Source: Sulfobacillus acidophilus | GTDB taxonomy: Bacteria > Bacillota > Sulfobacillia > Sulfobacillales > Sulfobacillaceae | Assembly (NCBI GenBank): GCA_003023745.1 | Contig: PXYV01000020.1 | Span: 3,219-67,218, forward strand | Length of the DNA stretch: 64,000 nt | Direction of reading: 5' to 3' | Shown: positions 58,245-64,000 of the stretch, piece after piece | Layout of the letters: every line of letters starts with the position of its first letter | Position numbering within the stretch: position 1 is the stretch's first letter | Translations under genes and position numbers: made by a program | The notes under the pieces: model-generated | Told to the model about the DNA's origin: nothing | The model's database searches: none | What the model saw: only the letters and a program-made list of their open reading frames with translations

Positions 58245-60573
58245 AATGGAGTCTGCGCCTCCTTGCCTGCCAGATCGCTTCGGGAGTCAGCGGCAGGGTA
58301 TTAAGCGGAACCTCGGCCGCGCTCGAAAGGGCGTTGGCCAATGCGGCGCCAATGGCCAGGACACCGTGTTCGCCCAGTGGGCGAGCGCCAAAGGGTGAGT
58401 CCACCTGTGGCGTTTCGACAAATTCAACGCGGTATTCTTGAGGCTGCTCTCCTACCCGCATGAGCCGGTAGGTGCGAAATTGATTACTGAGAAACTGCCC
58501 TTGTGCATCGTAGTGAATGACCTCGCGGCTGGCGACACCCAGACCCATGTTCATACCGCCCATGACTTGACCGACGGCAGCGGCGGGATTGATGACGCGT
58601 CCGGCATCGATGACGGAGGCCGCGGTTAAGATTTGGTACTGATGGGTCATCCGATCGTATTCGACCTCCACTGCCTGTACGCCCACCGTCCAAGCCGGTC
58701 CCGGGCGGCCTTGTCCTGTCTCTTGATCGAGCAGATTCAAATGACGAATCATAAAGTGGCCGCGGCCCATCAACTGGCCTCCAATGGAGTCGCCTTCTTG
58801 ATACTTGTAGCCGAGGGCAAGATCGGAAAACTTGAGTTGGATCGAGGGATCGTCGCGAACAAACAGTTTTTCGTTACCATAGTCAAGATCGTCAGCGGAG
58901 CAGCGCAAGACCGTGGCCGCCAGATCTTTAAGCTGGCGAATCAGGTCATTGGCTGCATCCAGCACAGCGCGGCCGACCATGTAGGTCGACAGGCTTGCCA
59001 CGGTTTTCCAGTGTTCGGGATCTACGTGCGTGTTGACCTCTTCGCGGATGAACACGCGTTCCAACGGAATCCGCAATTGCTCCGCCAGGATTTGTGCGGC
59101 CGTAGTTTTGCTCGCTGCACCGAATTCGACGGCCCCGATACTGAGATTGACGCTGCCGTCGCCGTTCATCGTGACGATCGCGCCTGAAATGGCATTGGGT
59201 GGGCTGGAAGATGTCTTCCAAAACGCGGCAACGCCGGTGGCGCGAATGTGACGGTCGTCGACAACGCGTGGCGTTGGACCGTTCCAGTGGATCAGTGTGC
59301 GCATATGGTCAATCGCAAGTGGCAAATCACCCAAATTGCTCCGCGTCAGTCGTGCTTGCGTTGGCGTGGTATCACCGGGCGCCAGCGCATTGCGTTCACG
59401 CAACTCCAGGGGATCGATGTGGAGAGTCCGTGCTAACTCGTCCATGGCGCGCTCGATGGCAAACGTCATGGGCATGTGGCCAAATCCGCGAAAGGCTGTC
59501 GTATACGTGTGATTGGTGTAGACGCAGTAGACGTCGGCATGCAGGTGCTCAATCTTGTACGGTCCCGTGCATTGGGCGGCAATAGCGCGGGCAATCCGCG
59601 GTGCCGAGTCGGCGTACGCGCCGATATCCATGAAATACCGCATTTTTGCCGCCATGAGGCGACCATCTTTGGTAGCTGCCAGCCCAATATCAGCTTCTAA
59701 TCCCATGCCGACTGGACTTGAGGCTAAGTCTGCCTCGCGGGTATTGGCAATTTTGACGGCATGTCCTCCTACCGCCTTGGAGGCTAGGTACGCTAGTATT
59801 TCGAGATGGACCGTGGCTTTGCCGCCGAACGCTCCGCCAATGAGGGGGACCTGAACGATGATCTGACCAGGATCGAGGTGAAAGTATTTGGCTAAGAGCT
59901 TTTGCACCTCGTAGGGTGCCTGCGTATTAGAATGAATCAACACACGGCCGTCTGCTAAGATCTCGGCCTTGGCCACGCGAGGTTCCATGGCGGCGTGGTC
60001 AACTTGCGGCAGTTTGACGCGGACCTGAACCCGAATGGCACTTTGTTCCCAGACCATGTCCACATCACCCTTGACGACATTGGCCTCGTCTGCCAGGTTA
60101 CTGGCGCGTTTGGGGTAGGCCGGCGGGGTGGCCACTTGGTATTCGCTGATGCGTTCGTGAATTAAGGGGGCATTGGCGGCCAGAGCCTCCTGAATGCTAT
60201 TGACGACCTTCAGCGGCTGATACCGAACTTCGATGAGCCCCGCTGCGCGCCGCGCGGACGCCTCGTCGTGCGCAACCACCAAGGCGACCGGCTCGCCCCA
60301 GTAGCGGACTTTTTCGTGCGCTAAGGGGGGGCGATCCTCAATGACGTCTCCGGTGAGAATGGCAACGTCGCACCCTGTTAAGACAGCTTTCACCCCAGCT
60401 ACATTTTGAGCCGATTCGGTGTTGATGGCCATGATGCGCGCGTGTGCCTGCTGACTGGGGACCATGACGGCGTGCCAGGTGCCGGGAACATTCACATCGT
60501 CTGTGTAGCGGGCGCGGCCCGTCACTTTGTTGGGGGCTTCCTTACGAGTAACACTGGTGCCAATCACGCTCAT
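58231..60573 (-). CDS. Xanthine dehydrogenase-family molybdopterin subunit
   Basis: KVTGRARYTDD, IGGAFGGK, AFRGFG, PFGARPLGE; ATG 60573 behind GGGAGG. Confidence 0.92.
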   Translation of the reverse strand: MSVIGTSVTRKEAPNKVTGRARYTDDVNVPGTWHAVMVPSQQAHARIMAINTESAQNVAGVKAVLTGCDVAILTGDVIEDRPPLAHEKVRYWGEPVALVVAHDEASARRAAGLIEVRYQPLKVVNSIQEALAANAPLIHERISEYQVATPPAYPKRASNLADEANVVKGDVDMVWEQSAIRVQVRVKLPQVDHAAMEPRVAKAEILADGRVLIHSNTQAPYEVQKLLAKYFHLDPGQIIVQVPLIGGAFGGKATVHLEILAYLASKAVGGHAVKIANTREADLASSPVGMGLEADIGLAATKDGRLMAAKMRYFMDIGAYADSAPRIARAIAAQCTGPYKIEHLHADVYCVYTNHTYTTAFRGFGHMPMTFAIERAMDELARTLHIDPLELRERNALAPGDTTPTQARLTRSNLGDLPLAIDHMRTLIHWNGPTPRVVDDRHIRATGVAAFWKTSSSPPNAISGAIVTMNGDGSVNLSIGAVEFGAASKTTAAQILAEQLRIPLERVFIREEVNTHVDPEHWKTVASLSTYMVGRAVLDAANDLIRQLKDLAATVLRCSADDLDYGNEKLFVRDDPSIQLKFSDLALGYKYQEGDSIGGQLMGRGHFMIRHLNLLDQETGQGRPGPAWTVGVQAVEVEYDRMTHQYQILTAASVIDAGRVINPAAAVGQVMGGMNMGLGVASREVIHYDAQGQFLSNQFRTYRLMRVGEQPQEYRVEFVETPQVDSPFGARPLGEHGVLAIGAALANALSSAAEVPLNTLPLTPEAIWQARRRRLHYDTV

Positions 60574-60985
60574 CCAAACCTCCCATTGACAGATTTGCGT
60601 ATGCCTAGCATCCTCGTTTTTGCAAAATCTATGTGCAACCGTTACGGGCACGGTTCTTCCGGGACCCGGTCTATCGCTGCATTGTCGGTTTTTGGGGAAC
60701 GTCGGACAGACCCTCCGCGGCAACGTTTCCCCAGATGTTTGACCAAATCAGCCATTGCACGAGCTTGCAAGCCATCCATACGCTGCAAGTGGAGACCGCC
60801 TACGAACGTCAGCTCGTCTCAACCAATGAGGCGACCTCTGATGATGCTAGACGAAAGATGGGACCTCAGGTAAGGGGATTTGGAGAAATTGTGTCCGGTT
60901 TCTGGACAAACCCCAAATGAACACAGAAAATAGTAATGACTACATTTGTTTGTAATAGATCGAATAAGGTGCTGGGTAAGGAGAA

Positions 60986-61804
60986 ATGAACATGCCGAAC
61001 AAATTCGGTGGGCCGTGGACCGCCATTAAGCTGAACGTCCTGCAACAATATTTAAATGCGTACCTCCAGGTCATGAACAAGACCGTTCAGTCTGGTGTAC
61101 ATTGATGCGTTTGCAGGGTCGGGTCAGGTGCAGATTGCGAAAGGGCGTTTGACTGACGGGTCGACTAAAATAGCATTAGACACCAGAGGTTTCGACTATT
61201 ACGTGTTCGTTGAGCAGGATATAAACACGTCGAAGAGCTTCGACGTGTTTGCGAGCCTTATGAAACAGACGGAGTGAATATCCGCATTGTGCCCGGGGAC
61301 GCAAACGACCTTCTTCTTTCGAAGGTCGCCGGTTATCCACGGAAGGTGCGAGGCGTCGCATTTCTCGACCCATATGGCATGGAGCTTTGCTGGGACACGT
61401 TGGAAGCATTAGCACAAACCAAAAAGCTTGACATATGGTACCTTTTCCCACTCAGCGGACTCTACCGCCTGGCGACTAAGGACCCTATTCATATCGACGA
61501 GATCAAAAGAACCGCGATCGACCGGATATTAGGAACCTCCGAGTGGTACAACGCTCTCTATCGAGAATCGCGGCAACCAACACTGTTTGCGGAGCTTGAG
61601 CGGCCGGAACGCACTGATGGTGACGGCCTCGAACGTTATGTTAAGGATCGCTTGGAGACTGTGTTTGCGCGTGTGGCGGGACCATTGCGCCTTCCGAAGG
61701 ATGGCCCGCCGCGATATTCGCTGTTTCTTGGCGTGTCGAATCCAAATCCATCTGTTGGCAAAATAGCTACAGGTATTGCGGATCATATTCTAAGGCATGC
61801 TTGA
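60986..61804 (+). pseudogene. tcmP: Three-Cys-motif partner protein TcmP, two frameshifts
   Basis: FGGPWTAIKL (W[ST]xxK[LH]), YIDAFAGSG, and GDAN...FLDPYG sit in three separate ORF pieces; shifts near 61080 and 61220. Confidence 0.8.
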
Positions 61805-61821
61805 TTGGGGGGATCGAAGCA

Positions 61822-62560
61822 ATGGGAACGGGAACACATATTGAATGGACTGATGCCACGTGGAATCCGGTGACGGGATGCACTAAGGTAAGCCAAGGAT
61901 GTAAACATTGTTGATGCCGAACGGATGGCCAAACGGTTACAGGCCATGGGCGCCTCCAACTATAGCCAAGGATTTCGAGTAACCCTCCACCCCGACATGC
62001 TTGACAGGCCGCGTCGTTGGAGACAGTCCCGTCGCATATTTGTTAACTCAATGAGTGACCTTTTTCACCCGGACGTCCCGGACAGTTTTATCCATGAGGT
62101 ATTTCGGGTGATGGTCGAGACCCCATGGCACACTTACCAGGTTCTCACCAAAAGACCCGAGCGGCTGGCCCAAATGGCTAGCGTTTTGCCATTTTCTGAA
62201 AACATCTGGTGTGGAACCAGTGTGGAGTCCCAAGCGGTATTAGACAGGATCCGATGGCTTCAGGAAACCCCAGCAGCCGTCCGATTTTTATCATGCGAAC
62301 CGTTGTTGGGTGCCCTGTCCAATCTACCGCTTGACGGAATTCATTGGGTAATCGTCGGCGGTGAGTCTGGACCCAGGGCTCGGCCGATGAATGTTGAGTG
62401 GGCCCAGGAAATCCGCGACCAGTGCTTACTGGCGAATGTGGCTTTTTTCTTTAAGCAATGGGGGGGCGTTCAACGGACCCAAGCAGGTCGCCTGCTCGAC
62501 GGACGTACATGGGACGAATTTCCCGGCGTACGCGGGATTGCTGTGCAGGGCCCCAGTTAG
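61822..62560 (+). pseudogene. DUF5131 / phage Gp37-Gp68 family Cx6CxxC protein, 1-nt insertion
   Basis: [24 protein letters not shown] then TGA; removing one G (about 61913) restores [10 protein letters not shown]; [33 protein letters not shown]. Confidence 0.88.
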
Positions 62561-62959
62561 CGCTGGTTGACTCGTGTTGTTGTCTATGGTGAACCTATGG
62601 ACATGGAGGACAAGGCGGAAGAACCGCGGGAATGGCTCCGTACGCGATTCCCGCAGCACCCATTCGGCGCCAGCCTACGAGGCTAGCCGTTGACGATTTC
62701 GGTCGTGTCCCCGGCCTGGCCGACAAAATCCGATCGCGTGGTGCGTTTGCGATGGCAGCCCGGAGGCGATTGGGATATTCGTTATTGGCGTCATACGGGG
62801 CGTTGGGTGGTCCCTGGCGTACCGCACCCTATTCTGAATCGAGGCCGACTGAGCTATAGGGCGAGTCGCCTATCGATATAGGTCCAGCGGAATGGATGGG
62901 CCTGTCGATTGTAGGGGACCATGAATTTCTGGAGCTTATGGGCTGAGTTATCGGTAAAG

Positions 62960-63250
62960 ACGAATTGCCCGTGGCGTAGGAGATTACGTTGCAGGATGCC
63001 GAACCACACTTCGATCCGGTGGAGCTAGGAGGCATGGATCGGGGTAAACACGAATCGCCAACGCGCATGGTGGGTCAGCCATGCCTGCATACGAGCTGTT
63101 CTATGGACCGCCAAGTTGTCTCAAATCGCCATGATGTTGGTCACCACCGGGACCTAGTGGGCATCTATCTCGATTAAAAATGCCATACACTCTTCATGGT
63201 GGCGGGGATAGGTCTGACCAAAGACGCGGCAAGTGTCTACTTCGAAGCGA
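62960..63250. mobile_element. Possible degenerate IS remnant (IS630-like cryptic frame)
   Basis: Peptide LQDAEPHFDPVELGGMDRGKHE...GQPCLH resembles, from recollection only, cryptic ORFs within IS630-type elements; no DDE domain seen. Confidence 0.3.
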
Positions 63251-63491
63251 CGTTCAAGTTTTAAGATGGTCCATCGGGTCGAGGGAGCGAAACGGAGCGT
63301 GGTGGTTGTATGGATACTGTCCGTGAGGTCTGGGAGAGACCACAGAGTGGTGTCCTCGGGTGGTTGGCAAGCGCGGGCGAGTCAAGAAGATGGCCATAGA
63401 CAGGTCCATCAGAACGGAAGGCTAAGTGGTATCATACAACTATAGCGGTTGCTACACCGGCGTTGTTTGGGCGCGCAAGGAGTTGGCTAAG

Positions 63492-64000
63492 GTGCAACAC
63501 AATAAAATTCAGGTGGTCGGGGTAAATCATCGGCAAGCGCCGCTGGCCGTGCGGGAGCGGGTCGCGTTTGGCCCGGAATTGCTTGAACGCGCATATCAGC
63601 ACCATCCGTCAATTCGACATCAAGAGGGATTGGCGATTGTTTCGACGTGCAATCGAACAGAAATTTACGTTGCGGGCGACTGTAGCCTGGCCGACATTTT
63701 GGCCTGGTGGGAACAGACGGTGGGGGTTGCGCGCGGCGAATTTGCGGATTTTTGTTTTTGGTACCAGGGTACGGAAGCGGTGTCTCACTTAATGCGGGTA
63801 GCGGCAGGGTTGGATTCGATGGTCTTGGGTGAAAGCGAAATTTTGGGGCAGGTGAAAGACGCATACCAAACGGCCCAGCACTATCAAGCCGTGGGAGCTC
63901 TCCACCGGCTGTTTCACGATGCCTTGCGGGTGGGTAAACGCGCGCGCAGCGAGACCGATATTGGGCGTAATGCGCTATCCGTAGGCCACGCGGTGGTGGA
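63492..64000 (+). CDS. hemA: Glutamyl-tRNA reductase (5' part; runs off the window)
   Basis: Not in the ORF track; translated by hand: VVGVNHRQAPLAVRER, STCNRTEIY, VAAGLDSMVLGESEILGQVK; AAGGAG RBS. Confidence 0.95.
   Translation, partial: MQHNKIQVVGVNHRQAPLAVRERVAFGPELLERAYQHHPSIRHQEGLAIVSTCNRTEIYVAGDCSLADILAWWEQTVGVARGEFADFCFWYQGTEAVSHLMRVAAGLDSMVLGESEILGQVKDAYQTAQHYQAVGALHRLFHDALRVGKRARSETDIGRNALSVGHAVV

Noticed and set aside
61912-61914. Selenocysteine or stop-codon readthrough at the TGA after CKHC in DUF5131
   Set aside because: The downstream coding sequence is in the +1 frame, so readthrough would not restore the protein; a 1-nt insertion explains it.

Overview
Gene-dense, GC-rich bacterial chromosome segment. 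The Bacillus-type men operon, DUF881, FadF, YkoP-like domain and AGGAGG RBSs indicate a Firmicute; a Sulfobacillus-like acidophile is my inference, not shown. From left to right: an MFS transporter behind a near-consensus Fur box; an Acs-like ligase; the menaquinone operon menF-D-H-B-E-A (no menC; menD appears to start at a CTG); pheA; a long-chain acyl-CoA ligase; yigZ; a UgtP/MGDG-type glycosyltransferase with a polysaccharide deacetylase-YkoP fusion; and a long co-oriented run of form II cox-type molybdoenzyme genes (S-L-M-D-E-G-F-mocA) continuing into an acyl-CoA ligase, a hydrolase, a two-component system, tatC and feoA. Then come fadF, a heptad-repeat membrane-anchored coiled-coil gene, a broken IS200/IS605 tnpB, an EAL protein, a further acyl-CoA ligase, an APC permease, an MFS-surE-LacI module, EamA, MFS, GNAT, feoB with a small Cys-rich ORF, DUF881 and icd-mdh-sucC-sucD. 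The right end holds a second xanthine-dehydrogenase-family operon with a FUSC gene, a decayed tcmP/DUF5131 pair, an IS-like remnant and the 5' part of hemA. I saw no rRNA, tRNA or CRISPR array. Best leads: a candidate cationic amino-glycolipid pathway, the extended form II cox operon, the Fur-controlled MFS, the FeoB-linked Cys-rich protein, the tcmP/DUF5131 module and the CTG start of menD. All family calls come from motifs read by eye; no database search was run.
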